From: Clostridiales bacterium | Lineage (GTDB): Bacteria > Bacillota > Clostridia > Saccharofermentanales > Saccharofermentanaceae | Direction of reading: 5' to 3' | Assembly: GCA_017513085.1 (NCBI GenBank) | Contig: JAFWDK010000002.1 | Location: 1 to 27,290, forward strand | DNA: 27,290 nucleotides | Part shown: positions 1 to 9,194 of the stretch, piece after piece | Layout: each line of letters opens with the position of its first letter | Numbering within the stretch: position 1 is the stretch's first letter | Position numbers and translations under genes: made by a program | The notes under the pieces: model-generated | What the model was told of the DNA's origin: nothing | The model's database searches: none | What the model saw: only the letters and a program-made list of their open reading frames with translations

Positions 1-15
1 AAGACCCTCAACCAT

Positions 16-131
<116 letters not shown>

Positions 132-137
132 TTATAT

Positions 138-177
138 GAAGCTCATCTACGGAAACGTAGATGAGCTTCTTTTTTTT
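138..177 (+). terminator. Rho-independent terminator of the rRNA operon
   Basis: Perfect 14-bp stem GAAGCTCATCTACG-GAAA-CGTAGATGAGCTTC followed by T8. Confidence 0.95.
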
Positions 178-245
178 GTTTGTGTTGTTTCGGATCGGAC
201 TTTGGTGTATTACGAAAAAAATGAAATAAAATTGTAATAATTGGG

Positions 246-272
246 TTGTAAATAGAATAAGAATGGTATAAT
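246..272 (+). promoter_or_regulatory. Sigma-A type promoter for the walR operon (extended -10)
   Basis: TGgTATAAT at 264-272; TTGTAA at 246-251 (15-nt spacer, suboptimal). Confidence 0.6.
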
Positions 273-355
273 TGTAATAACTGTTGTGGCGAAGGAGGGT
301 TTTGCCACAATATCTTGTGGAATTTGAAACGCAATCAAAGGAATGGAGTAGTGTT

Positions 356-1054
356 ATGTGTGCAAAGATTCTGGTAGTAGATGATGAAGAGTCTCTGGTT
401 GAGCTTTTGCGGTCCAACCTGGAAAGAGACGGCTATGAAGTTATTTCTGCTTCAGATGGCGTTGCAGCGATCGAGCTTGCTGAGCGTCAAAAGCCCGATC
501 TGATCCTTCTTGATTGGATGATGCCGAAAATGGACGGATTCGAGGTTTGCAAGCGTCTTCGTCCGAAGACTAAGGCACCGATCATAATGGTTACGGCAAA
601 GGGTGAGGAAATCGATAAAGTTTTAGGCCTGGAAATGGGTGCTGACGATTATATCACGAAGCCTTTCTCTCCACGTGAGGTTTTGGCTCGTGTGCGTGCC
701 CAGCTCCGTCGTGGATCTTATGTAGATAAGGATACTTCCGTAAAGGAGAATATCCTTCGCATCGGCGATCTTGAAATTGACAAGGCAGCCTATCAGATCC
801 GAAGAGACGGAAAAGATGTAGATCTGACTTTCCGTGAATTCCAACTGGTGCTTTTCCTTGCGGAAAATGCAGGTCAGGTATTTTCGAGAGAATCCCTGCT
901 TGAGCATGTCTGGGGATATGAGTATTTCGGAGATGTTCGTACTGTGGATGTTACTGTTCGTCGTACAAGAGAGAAACTCGAGCCGGATCAGAAAAACTAC
1001 AAGTACATTTTGACTAAGCGTGGCGTGGGTTATTATTTTGAGCGCGAACAGTGA
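356..1054 (+). CDS. walR: OmpR-family response regulator, WalR/YycF-like
   Basis: Receiver KILVVDDE...LLDWMMP...ADDYITKPF; winged helix with VWGYEYFGDVRTVDVTVRR and TKRGVGYYF typical of YycF; context with kinase, yycJ and rlmH. ATG at 356 after GGAG preferred over the 284 start. Confidence 0.9.
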   Translation: MCAKILVVDDEESLVELLRSNLERDGYEVISASDGVAAIELAERQKPDLILLDWMMPKMDGFEVCKRLRPKTKAPIIMVTAKGEEIDKVLGLEMGADDYITKPFSPREVLARVRAQLRRGSYVDKDTSVKENILRIGDLEIDKAAYQIRRDGKDVDLTFREFQLVLFLAENAGQVFSRESLLEHVWGYEYFGDVRTVDVTVRRTREKLEPDQKNYKYILTKRGVGYYFEREQ

Positions 1055-1071
1055 TCTATGAGGTGATTTCA

Positions 1072-3252
1072 TTGAATGGCGCGAAGGTTATGCTTTCGAT
1101 ATGGGACCGGGTATTAGAACCCGTTCCCATGCTTTTTGTCGGACTTGTTTGTGGCGCAGTCATAGCAGGTCTTCTTGTGTATAACCTTTTCTGGGCCTCA
1201 TTTTATAAGAAGAAAAGAGAGATGCAATTCCTGAATGCGGCAAACGGAGTGAGCAACTCTGTCATGAACATTGTTCAGATGGGTGTAGTTGCTTTTACCG
1301 AGACCGGAATGCTTCTGTTTAATAACAAGACTTCTCTGAAAAAACTCCGTGTCGAATCTTTACCGCAATCTTTTACGGAGTTTGTTGAACAGTTCATAAC
1401 TGATCCCGAGTTTCTGGTCAAATTGAAGCTTTATGAATCTCTTCTGGATGACCCGATTCCGGATGCTGATGAGCATTCTTCCGGAAAATCGTCAGAGACT
1501 TCGGACGAGCCGGAGAAAGCAGAGACGGAAAAGAGTGTGGCCGGTTCGGAGAAGTTGGAATCTTTGACGACGAGGGTGGAGATCCAGAACAGGATCATCC
1601 AGTTCCATTTTTCCAAACCGTTTTTCCCGCAGTCAACATTGCGCGGCTGGGTCGTTGTTCTGGAAGATGTGACGGTTGCGGCGCGCCAGGAACAGCAGAG
1701 GAGACTGTTTGTTTCGACGGTATCCCATGAATTGAAGACGCCTTTGGCAACGATCAAGGGATACTGTGAGACGCTTTTGGATTGGGGCATTAAGGAGAAA
1801 GATCCGAAAGAGGTCTTCCAGGATTTTGTCCGTATCAATAACGAGACTGAGCGTATCACGGCTATTATCGGCAATCTTACGTATCTTTCCCAGATCGAGA
1901 ATAATAAAGAAAAGATCAACATGGAGGTATATAAGATCGACCAGACCGTCGAGGAAGTATGCCGCAGATACCAGGAAGACGCAAGAAAGCACGGGATCCG
2001 TCTTTATGCCCAGCGGATGAACCGCACGATCCCGACTGTGTTCGGATGCAAGAGCATGATGGAGCAGATGATCGGAAATCTGATCAACAATGCGCTGAAG
2101 TATTCTGCCAGCAATACCTGCATCTGGGTCTATGTGCAGGCGACGGAAAACACGGTAACGGTAAAGGTGCAGGATCAGGGCAAGGGTATCTCGAAGCAGG
2201 ATGCGGAGAAGATCTTTAACGCGTTTTTCCGGGTCGATGAGACAGGCTCGAGACAGGCCGGCGGAAGCGGACTGGGTCTAGCTATCGTGAAGATGATGGC
2301 GGAAGTCCAGGAGTGCGAGGTCACGTTGGTCAGCCGGACGAAGGATGAGGATCCGAGCATCCGACAGGAAGTCGGAAGTGATTTCTATATCACGATACCG
2401 ACGGCGGAGAATGTATTCCGCGAGACGCTTTCCTCCATGCAGCAGGATGCCGACAGAAAAGAAGTGCTTTACCGTAAGGCTAAGCAGTATATGGAAAAAG
2501 TGAACGAAGATGATTATGATCTGGGCGAGGATCTTCGTACGGTAGATGCAGAATATACGGATCTTCTTATGGAACGTCTGGTGTTCCTTGATGAGATCGA
2601 TTATCTTCCGGAGACGCAAGAACATGCTCCGGAAGTACAAACTGTAGCAGATATACCGCAATATGAGGAAAGTGTGGTACAATATGAAACTGCAGTTCCG
2701 GATACGCCGGATCCGGGTGAACAAATCCCCGAGGTCTATACGGATGTTGATGCCGTATATCAGGAACAGCCTTCTATGATGGAGGCGGTAATGGCGCAGG
2801 AACTGGTCGGCCAGCCGGTGGTGGAACCGGTGCCGGAGATACAGCAGGAAGTTATGCAGGAAGCGATTATGCCGATGCAGAACTACCAGATGGAGCAGAC
2901 GATAGAGCAGGAGCCGGTCGTCCATCACGCTCCGACTATACTTGTTCCGGATCCTCCTGCTTTGCAGCACCCGTTCTTCAGTAAAGAAATGATTGGGTCG
3001 CAAAACGCGGAACGACGCAAAAAGTCTCGTGCGAAAACGATTGCTGAGAAAAAGGCAAGAGAAAGCGGAGAAGCAGTTCTTGTAGGGGAGAAGTCTGAGC
3101 CGCCGCCGAGTGCAGGACAGAGTGCCAGCATGCTCAAGAGAGTCACGGCGGAGGCGAAAGAAGCGCAAGAGGCAACGCAAACGAAATCGAGGACCAGAAT
3201 GCTTTTCCAGATGACAGATACGTCTTCGGATAAGCAGAAAAGGTCGAAGTAA
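1072..3252 (+). CDS. walK: Sensor histidine kinase, WalK/YycG-like, single TM, long C-terminal extension
   Basis: One hydrophobic helix near the N-terminus, PAS-like region, H-box VSHELKTPL, N-box NLINNALKYS, G1 DQGKGI, F box FFRVD, G2 GSGLGL. Start uncertain (TTG 1072 after GAGGTG; alternatives 1051, 1090). Confidence 0.8.
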   Translation: MNGAKVMLSIWDRVLEPVPMLFVGLVCGAVIAGLLVYNLFWASFYKKKREMQFLNAANGVSNSVMNIVQMGVVAFTETGMLLFNNKTSLKKLRVESLPQSFTEFVEQFITDPEFLVKLKLYESLLDDPIPDADEHSSGKSSETSDEPEKAETEKSVAGSEKLESLTTRVEIQNRIIQFHFSKPFFPQSTLRGWVVVLEDVTVAARQEQQRRLFVSTVSHELKTPLATIKGYCETLLDWGIKEKDPKEVFQDFVRINNETERITAIIGNLTYLSQIENNKEKINMEVYKIDQTVEEVCRRYQEDARKHGIRLYAQRMNRTIPTVFGCKSMMEQMIGNLINNALKYSASNTCIWVYVQATENTVTVKVQDQGKGISKQDAEKIFNAFFRVDETGSRQAGGSGLGLAIVKMMAEVQECEVTLVSRTKDEDPSIRQEVGSDFYITIPTAENVFRETLSSMQQDADRKEVLYRKAKQYMEKVNEDDYDLGEDLRTVDAEYTDLLMERLVFLDEIDYLPETQEHAPEVQTVADIPQYEESVVQYETAVPDTPDPGEQIPEVYTDVDAVYQEQPSMMEAVMAQELVGQPVVEPVPEIQQEVMQEAIMPMQNYQMEQTIEQEPVVHHAPTILVPDPPALQHPFFSKEMIGSQNAERRKKSRAKTIAEKKARESGEAVLVGEKSEPPPSAGQSASMLKRVTAEAKEAQEATQTKSRTRMLFQMTDTSSDKQKRSK

Positions 3253-3266
3253 AGGGGAAAAGAAAC

Positions 3267-4577
3267 ATGTCAAAATATAAGATCGTCGGAGGCCATAAGC
3301 TTCATGGAGATGTAAATATAAGTGGTAGTAAAAATGCAGTTCTGGGTATCCTCGCTGCTGCCATGATGCTCGATGGACCTTGTACTATCGAGAATGTGCC
3401 GGATATCGTGGACGTGCATGCTATGCTGGAGATCTGCGAGACTCTAGGAGCTATTATTACCCCGAAGGGCGAGGGTATGTATGCTATCGATCCGACTCAT
3501 ATCAATACTTTTGAAGCGACACACCCGAAGGTGAAAAATATCCGTGCGTCCTACTATCTTCTCGGTGCACTCCTTACCCGCTTCCGCAAGGCGACGATGC
3601 ATATGCCGGGCGGATGCAATTTCGGTACCCGTCCGATCGACCTGCATCTGAAAGGATTCCGTAAGATGGGTGCGACCGGTACGAGAGCGACGGATATCCG
3701 TGATGGTATTATCCGCATTGTTGCTGATGAACTCAATGGCGCACATATTTTCCTGGATGTTGTAAGTGTCGGCGCGACGATCAATCTGATGCTGGCGGCT
3801 ACCAAAGCAAATGGTTTGACGATCATTGAGAATGCGGCAAAAGAACCGCACATCGTTGATGTGGCGAATTTCCTGAATGCCATGGGCGCGAATATCAAGG
3901 GTGCCGGTACCGATACGATCCGTATCAAGGGTGTTCCGGTCCTTCCGGGCGGATATTCCTATTCAGTTATTCCGGACCAGATCGAGGCCGGAACTTATAT
4001 GATTGCTGCGGCAGTGACCCGCGGCGATGTCACGATACATAACCTGATCCCGAAGCATATGGAGCCGCTTACCGCCAAAATGATCGATATGGGATTTGAT
4101 ATCGATCAGGGCGATGACTGGATCCGTGTCTCCGTGGAGGAAGATACACTTTTGGAACCGACTAACTTCAAGACTCGTCCATATCCGGGATTCCCGACGG
4201 ATCTTCAGCCGCAGGCGACAGTGCTCCTTTGCCTGGCAAGCGGTATGAGCCGTATGCATGAGCTGGTATGGGATAACCGTTTCCAATATGTACCGGAGCT
4301 GCAGTCTATGGGCGCTTCGATCTCTATTATTGACAGATGCGCTCTGGTCAATGGCCCGATCTCTTTCTGCGGTGCCAGCGTAACGGCGTTGGATCTTCGT
4401 GCCGGCGCGGCTATGGTTCTTGCCGGTCTTGCTGCGGACGGTGTTACGACTATCGCCTATGCGAATCGTATCGATCGTGGATATGAGCGTCTCGTGGAAA
4501 AACTTACCGGAATCGGTGCAGAAATCGAGCGGATCGATGTTGATGATGAACATGTCGCTCCTGTGGATGACGAGTGA
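3267..4577 (+). CDS. murA: UDP-N-acetylglucosamine 1-carboxyvinyltransferase
   Basis: SGSKNA, IRASYY, catalytic-Cys loop PGGCNFGTRP, YPGFPTDLQ, DLRAGAA, IDRGYE. Confidence 0.97.
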   Translation: MSKYKIVGGHKLHGDVNISGSKNAVLGILAAAMMLDGPCTIENVPDIVDVHAMLEICETLGAIITPKGEGMYAIDPTHINTFEATHPKVKNIRASYYLLGALLTRFRKATMHMPGGCNFGTRPIDLHLKGFRKMGATGTRATDIRDGIIRIVADELNGAHIFLDVVSVGATINLMLAATKANGLTIIENAAKEPHIVDVANFLNAMGANIKGAGTDTIRIKGVPVLPGGYSYSVIPDQIEAGTYMIAAAVTRGDVTIHNLIPKHMEPLTAKMIDMGFDIDQGDDWIRVSVEEDTLLEPTNFKTRPYPGFPTDLQPQATVLLCLASGMSRMHELVWDNRFQYVPELQSMGASISIIDRCALVNGPISFCGASVTALDLRAGAAMVLAGLAADGVTTIAYANRIDRGYERLVEKLTGIGAEIERIDVDDEHVAPVDDE

Positions 4578-5404
4578 TTCCCGGTGAGTATCATATGAAT
4601 ACCGGTTCGATTTCCATCACACCTTTATATAGTGGGAGCAGCGGGAATGCAATCCTTGTTTCGACAGAGGATACTAAAGTCCTGATCGATGCAGGTATGT
4701 CCTGCAAGAAACTGGTGGAAGCCCTCAATATGGTCAAGACCAATCCTTATGATCTGGATGCGGTCCTGATCACGCACGATCATTCGGATCATATTTCTGC
4801 TTTGGATGTATTTACCAGAAAATTCTCTATTCCGATCTTCGCCACGCAGAAGACATGGCATGGTATTCATGCGGCGGAAAAGAAGCCGCATCTGCCGTCT
4901 CTGGATCATGAGATCGTGCCGGATCAGTATATTGAGATCGGCGGATTCCGGATCGTTGCTTTTTCCACGCCTCATGATGCACCGGGATCTTGCGGATACC
5001 GGCTGGAAACTTCCCGTTTTACTACTGCCGTAGCGACGGATATCGCGAATATGACTCCGGAAGTGTACGACCATCTTCTGGGATGCGACGGCATTCTTCT
5101 TGAAGCGAATTACGATAAAGATATGCTGTGGAACGGACCTTATCCGTATTATTTGAAGCAGCGCATCGCCGGATCGGGCGGGCATCTTTGTAATGATGAT
5201 TGTGCCGCAGCGGCGGCAAGTCTTTGCAAAAACGGCACGAGACATTTTATCCTCGGGCACTTAAGCCAGGAGAATAATCTGCCTCAGGTTGCGGAACGGA
5301 CAGTCCTGCGGGCATTGGAGAATGAAAACCTTGTCCGTGATACTGATTTTACGCTTTCGGTGGCGAACCGCTATGTTCCGACCATGCCTATGATCCTGGA
5401 GTGA
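4574..5404 (+). CDS. walJ: Metallo-beta-lactamase-fold hydrolase WalJ/YycJ
   Basis: SGSSGN, THDHSDH (HxHxDH), PHDA, LEANYD, GPYPYYLKQRI, GHLSQENN; GTG overlaps murA stop (alternative ATG 4595). Confidence 0.88.
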   Translation: MIPGEYHMNTGSISITPLYSGSSGNAILVSTEDTKVLIDAGMSCKKLVEALNMVKTNPYDLDAVLITHDHSDHISALDVFTRKFSIPIFATQKTWHGIHAAEKKPHLPSLDHEIVPDQYIEIGGFRIVAFSTPHDAPGSCGYRLETSRFTTAVATDIANMTPEVYDHLLGCDGILLEANYDKDMLWNGPYPYYLKQRIAGSGGHLCNDDCAAAAASLCKNGTRHFILGHLSQENNLPQVAERTVLRALENENLVRDTDFTLSVANRYVPTMPMILE

Positions 5405-5409
5405 AAGCT

Positions 5410-5874
5410 ATGAAACTTCGTATCGTCTGTGCCGGAAAGATCAAAGAGAAATGGCTCTCGGACGGAATCTCCGAATATGTGAAACGTCTATCCAAATATA
5501 CCAAGGTGGAGATCGTGGAAGTACAGGATTCGCCTGATTCTTTACCGGTTGCACAGGCTTTGGACCAGGAAGGAAAGCGGATGCTGTCCAAGATCGGCCC
5601 GGATGCGTATGTTGTGGTCATGGATCTTCACGGAAAGCAAATGACATCCGAGAAATGGGCAGAACACATGATTTCCGGCTTTGAAAAAGGCGGCGCGGAA
5701 TTGGTGATCGTAATCGGAGGTTCCTGCGGGCTTTCCCCGGAGGTGGTGGCACGGGCGGACGAGAGGATCTGCCTGTCGGAGATGACATTTACTCATCAGA
5801 TGACGAGACTTGTCATTCTGGAACAGGTTTATCGGGGTTTTAAAATCCACAACAACGAAAAATACCATAAGTAA
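5410..5874 (+). CDS. rlmH: 23S rRNA pseudouridine-1915 N3-methyltransferase
   Basis: GKIKEK, EYVKRL, IGGSCGL, LSEMTFTHQMTRLVILEQVYR, terminal YHK; GGAG 8 nt before ATG 5410. Confidence 0.96.
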   Translation: MKLRIVCAGKIKEKWLSDGISEYVKRLSKYTKVEIVEVQDSPDSLPVAQALDQEGKRMLSKIGPDAYVVVMDLHGKQMTSEKWAEHMISGFEKGGAELVIVIGGSCGLSPEVVARADERICLSEMTFTHQMTRLVILEQVYRGFKIHNNEKYHK

Positions 5875-5984
5875 AAAGCGCAATTCTTCTGAAGAAAACA
5901 CGAAAAAAACGAATGAAAGTGCTTTTCACTTATTAAAAGATAATATAGAATATAGAGTGAATAAATCTAATGGGGTAGAGGCAT

Positions 5985-7667
5985 ATGAGAGATTCCGTTA
6001 AAATTATAATTGCTTGTATTGCTTGTCTGGCTGTCGTTGGTGCGGCCGGTGTCTATGTTTACTTCTCCAGAAATCGGGATATGGAACCGCGTGAGATCAT
6101 CACCCGAGTATATAAGGATGAAAATAATCCGGAAGACCGTGGCACAGTTCAGTGGAAATATGAAGATGAGTCGGATGAGAATTGGCGTTATCTGATGGCT
6201 GTGGATATTTTAAAACTGAACAATGGTCTGGATACGGAATTTAGAACGAATGATGATTATATCCAGTATAAAGACGCAGATGGAAATTGGATAAACATGG
6301 TTTCCAAGAAGGAACTGTCCGGCACGAATGGTGCGCAGGGCATCAAGGGTGAGCCGGGTGCACAAGGTCTTCCGGGTGCACGAGGTGAGAAGGGTCAGGA
6401 TGGACGTTCAGTGGAACTTCGCCGTTACAATGGAATGTTGCAGTGGCGGTATACATCCGGAACAGATCTGGAGTGGAAGGATCTGGTCGAACTGGATTCT
6501 CTCAACGGTACGAATGGACGGGATGGTCGTGAGATCGAAGTCAGAAATAACGGCAGCGCGCTGGTATGGCGTTATGCCGGTGAGGGCGATACAGCTTGGC
6601 GTACCATTATTTCTCTCGGTGTTCTCCGCGGTGAGCGTGGTGAAAAGGGAGACAAGGGCGACAAGGGTGATCAGGGTGAACAGGGTATCCCGGGTATTCC
6701 GGGTGCTACCGGTATTCCTGGAGAACAAGGTATTCAGGGTCTGCAGGGTCCGGAGGGACCTCAGGGACCTCAGGGTGAACCGGGTATCCAGGGTGAACAG
6801 GGACCGGAAGGACCTCAGGGACCTAGCGGTGTACCTGGACCGGAGGGTCCGCAGGGACCTAGCGGTGTACCCGGACCGGAGGGTCCGCAGGGACCTAGCG
6901 GTATACCGGGACCGGAAGGACCTCAGGGACCTAGCGGTATACCGGGACCGGAAGGCCCGCAAGGCCCGACAGGTATTCAAGGCCCGACAGGTATTCAGGG
7001 ACCGGAAGGACCTCAAGGTCCGACAGGTATTCCGGGCGCTCAGGGTCTACCGGGCAATGATGGTAAGAATGGCTCGGATGGACGTTCTGTAGAAGTGAAG
7101 CAGGAAGGCACAGTTTATAAGTGGAAATACACTACTGATCCGGATGAAGATGCTTCCTGGAGAGTCCTTGTTGATACAACAACGTTGAAGGGCGCGGACG
7201 GTGATGAAGTTGAGATCCGTTATGCGGACAGCACAGTGGATGCGACGCTTACTGAACCTGAGATCCAGTGGAAGCTTACAGGCTCTACGACATGGAACCA
7301 GCTTTGTACGGTTGCAAGTCTTGTCAGCAACATTACCATCACACCACCGGCTAAGTTCTCTACTCAGGTGGGCGCAGATTCGCCGGTAGCTCTCGATTCT
7401 TCGAAGATGTATGTAGTTTCACTGACGATCAGTGGCGCGAACGCAGATACATCAGGAGCGGTCAATGTTATTGCTTACCAGAACGGTTCAGAAAAACTGA
7501 AGGGAACATGGTCAGCAGCCACGCAGGATGATCCGCTGGATGATACGACACTTCATCCGTTCTATGCCTCGTATTCACGTACATTCCGTGTTACGGGTGA
7601 GGATGCTGTAGAGTATACCGTAAGTGATCCGAACTACACGCTGACGGTGGTCATTACAGAGGTCTGA
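5985..7667 (+). CDS. Membrane-anchored collagen-like surface protein
   Basis: N-terminal hydrophobic anchor (aa 7-27), one short and one long (about 50 triplets) Gly-X-Y tract, six Trp-containing repeat modules, beta-rich C-terminal domain. Confidence 0.88.
   Translation: MRDSVKIIIACIACLAVVGAAGVYVYFSRNRDMEPREIITRVYKDENNPEDRGTVQWKYEDESDENWRYLMAVDILKLNNGLDTEFRTNDDYIQYKDADGNWINMVSKKELSGTNGAQGIKGEPGAQGLPGARGEKGQDGRSVELRRYNGMLQWRYTSGTDLEWKDLVELDSLNGTNGRDGREIEVRNNGSALVWRYAGEGDTAWRTIISLGVLRGERGEKGDKGDKGDQGEQGIPGIPGATGIPGEQGIQGLQGPEGPQGPQGEPGIQGEQGPEGPQGPSGVPGPEGPQGPSGVPGPEGPQGPSGIPGPEGPQGPSGIPGPEGPQGPTGIQGPTGIQGPEGPQGPTGIPGAQGLPGNDGKNGSDGRSVEVKQEGTVYKWKYTTDPDEDASWRVLVDTTTLKGADGDEVEIRYADSTVDATLTEPEIQWKLTGSTTWNQLCTVASLVSNITITPPAKFSTQVGADSPVALDSSKMYVVSLTISGANADTSGAVNVIAYQNGSEKLKGTWSAATQDDPLDDTTLHPFYASYSRTFRVTGEDAVEYTVSDPNYTLTVVITEV
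6801..7034 (+). repeat. 36-bp tandem repeat (GPEGPQGP[S/T]G[V/I][P/Q]) within the collagen tract, about 6.5 units
   Basis: Units start at 6801, 6837, 6873, 6909, 6945, a half unit at 6981 and a full unit at 6999. Confidence 0.9.
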
Positions 7668-7695
7668 TACAAGATCGGCACATAAGACTTTTTTC

Positions 7696-7726
7696 GAAAC
7701 ACTCGCGTTAAGCGGGTGTTTCTTAT
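7696..7726 (+). terminator. Probable intrinsic terminator after the collagen-like gene
   Basis: GAAACACTCGC-GTTAA-GCGGGTGTTTC 11-bp stem with a weak T-rich tail. Confidence 0.6.
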
Positions 7727-7770
7727 ATAATCGAATAAAGAAAATATTTCGGATCGTAAGGAGAGCTTTT

Positions 7771-8259
7771 ATGGAACGTCGAGACAAAACCAACTACTAT
7801 CTGGATCTGGCTGAAGTGGTAGCCAAGCGAAGCACCTGTCTGAGAAGACATTATGGTGCCGTGATCGTGAAGAACGATGAAGTGATTTCGACGGGATATG
7901 TGGGCGCTCCACGTGGAAGAAAAAACTGTACGGACACAGGCAATTGCGTCCGCGAACAGCTTCAGATCCCGAGAGGTGAGCGGTATGAGCTTTGCCGTAG
8001 TGTTCATGCGGAACAGAATGCGATCATCTCGGCAAGCCGCGATAAAATGATCGGTTCCACCATGTATCTGGCCGGCTACGATGCCAAGACCGGAGAATAT
8101 ATTCCGAAGTCCAACTCTTGCTCGCTTTGCAAGAAAATGATCATCAACGCCGGAATCGAGAAAGTGATCGTCCGCGACGATAAAGACGAATACCGTGAAG
8201 TGATGGTCCAGGATTGGATCGATAATGACGAATCGCTCGAAGGGAAAAGAGGCTACTAA
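7771..8259 (+). CDS. dCMP deaminase / ComEB-family zinc deaminase
   Basis: RSTCLRRHYGAVIV, HAEQNA, CxxC (SCSLC), IINAGI; RBS AAGGAG. Confidence 0.88.
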   Translation: MERRDKTNYYLDLAEVVAKRSTCLRRHYGAVIVKNDEVISTGYVGAPRGRKNCTDTGNCVREQLQIPRGERYELCRSVHAEQNAIISASRDKMIGSTMYLAGYDAKTGEYIPKSNSCSLCKKMIINAGIEKVIVRDDKDEYREVMVQDWIDNDESLEGKRGY

Positions 8260-8266
8260 GCAGTAG

Positions 8267-8812
8267 TTATAAATCCTTCTCGAGCTTGATATTGCCGTCA
8301 AGGTCCTTAAAGACGGCTTTTTCCTCAGTAAGGATCAGATATCCGCGATGCGTATCCTGTTTCGGATAGGTGGGAGATCCGGGATTCATGTATAGGACCC
8401 CCTCAGGAAGCTCCTCGCAAGTGACGACATGGGTATGTCCGGTAAGGAGGATGTCTCCTTGTTTGAGTGGCGGAAGGTGGGACGGATTAAAAACGTGACC
8501 GTGTGTGCAGTAGACGAGACGATTGCCTAAATTCAGGATCGCGTATTCTGCCATGATCGGGAAGTCCAGGACCATCTGGTCCACGTCGGAATCACAGTTG
8601 CCACGGACGCAGAGAAGATCCTCTTTTCTGGCATTCAGAAGAGAGATGACAGCTTTCGGGTCATAAGTGGAACCAAGAGGGTTTCTGGGACCGAAGTAGA
8701 GCAGGTCGCCGAGAAGAACCAGACGATCGCACTTTTCCCGATCGTAAGCATCCAGGATCGCCTGGCAGTATTCGGGATAGCCGTGAATGTCAGAAGCAAC
8801 AAAATATTTCAT
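8267..8812 (-). CDS. yfcE: YfcE-family metallophosphoesterase
   Basis: SDIHG, LGDLLYFGPRN, VRGNCD, THGH, GHTH, NPGS. Confidence 0.9.
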   Translation of the reverse strand: MKYFVASDIHGYPEYCQAILDAYDREKCDRLVLLGDLLYFGPRNPLGSTYDPKAVISLLNARKEDLLCVRGNCDSDVDQMVLDFPIMAEYAILNLGNRLVYCTHGHVFNPSHLPPLKQGDILLTGHTHVVTCEELPEGVLYMNPGSPTYPKQDTHRGYLILTEEKAVFKDLDGNIKLEKDL

Positions 8813-8842
8813 AAAGATCTCCTTTAAAAAGTGATGGGGTCG

Positions 8843-9142
8843 TCAGCCTACGGTAAAGACAAGAAAGATCACCAGAAGCTGGACTGCGGCCATAAGCGGC
8901 ATCAGGATCAAAAACTTCGGTTTATTGGTCTTGTGGTGACAGATGATCATGCCGAGGATGCCGCCCAGTGCGCCGAATAATGCAGAGAAGCCGAGAAGAT
9001 TACTCTCCGGGATGCGGAAGGCTTTCTTCTCCGCTTTTTTCTTGTCGGAATGAAACAGTGCGAAAGAAATCAGATTCGAAAGCAAAAAAAGTACCAGAAA
9101 GATCTCGCTTCGGGAACGGATAAAGTGGCAGATCGTTTTCAT
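8843..9142 (-). CDS. DUF1294 family small membrane protein
   Basis: DKKKA...RIPE..L...G...HHKT.K.KF pattern; ATG at 9142 follows AAGGAG. Confidence 0.85.
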   Translation of the reverse strand: MKTICHFIRSRSEIFLVLFLLSNLISFALFHSDKKKAEKKAFRIPESNLLGFSALFGALGGILGMIICHHKTNKPKFLILMPLMAAVQLLVIFLVFTVG

Positions 9143-9194
9143 TAAGGGCTCCTTGTAAGAAAGTGATGTATACTGCTGATATTCAATTCTTGCC

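Noticed and set aside
143-334. 63-aa minus-strand ORF and the 284 start for walR
   Set aside because: The ORF overlaps the rRNA terminator and promoter with no coding signal; receiver-domain homology begins at ATG 356
6801-7034. 36-bp periodicity suggesting a CRISPR array
   Set aside because: Units are head-to-tail with no unique spacers, lie in frame in a coding region, and no cas genes are present
6328-7092. Arg-rich repetitive ORFs in alternative frames and on the minus strand (6408-7016)
   Set aside because: By-products of the Gly-X-Y codon repeat
7672-7690. att-like copy of the rlmH 3' end after the collagen gene
   Set aside because: Only CATAAG is shared, which is too short to be significant
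7771-8812. Deaminase plus phosphoesterase pair as a nucleotide-depletion anti-phage system
   Set aside because: The genes are convergent, both look like ordinary housekeeping families, and the deaminase lacks an N-terminal kinase-like domain
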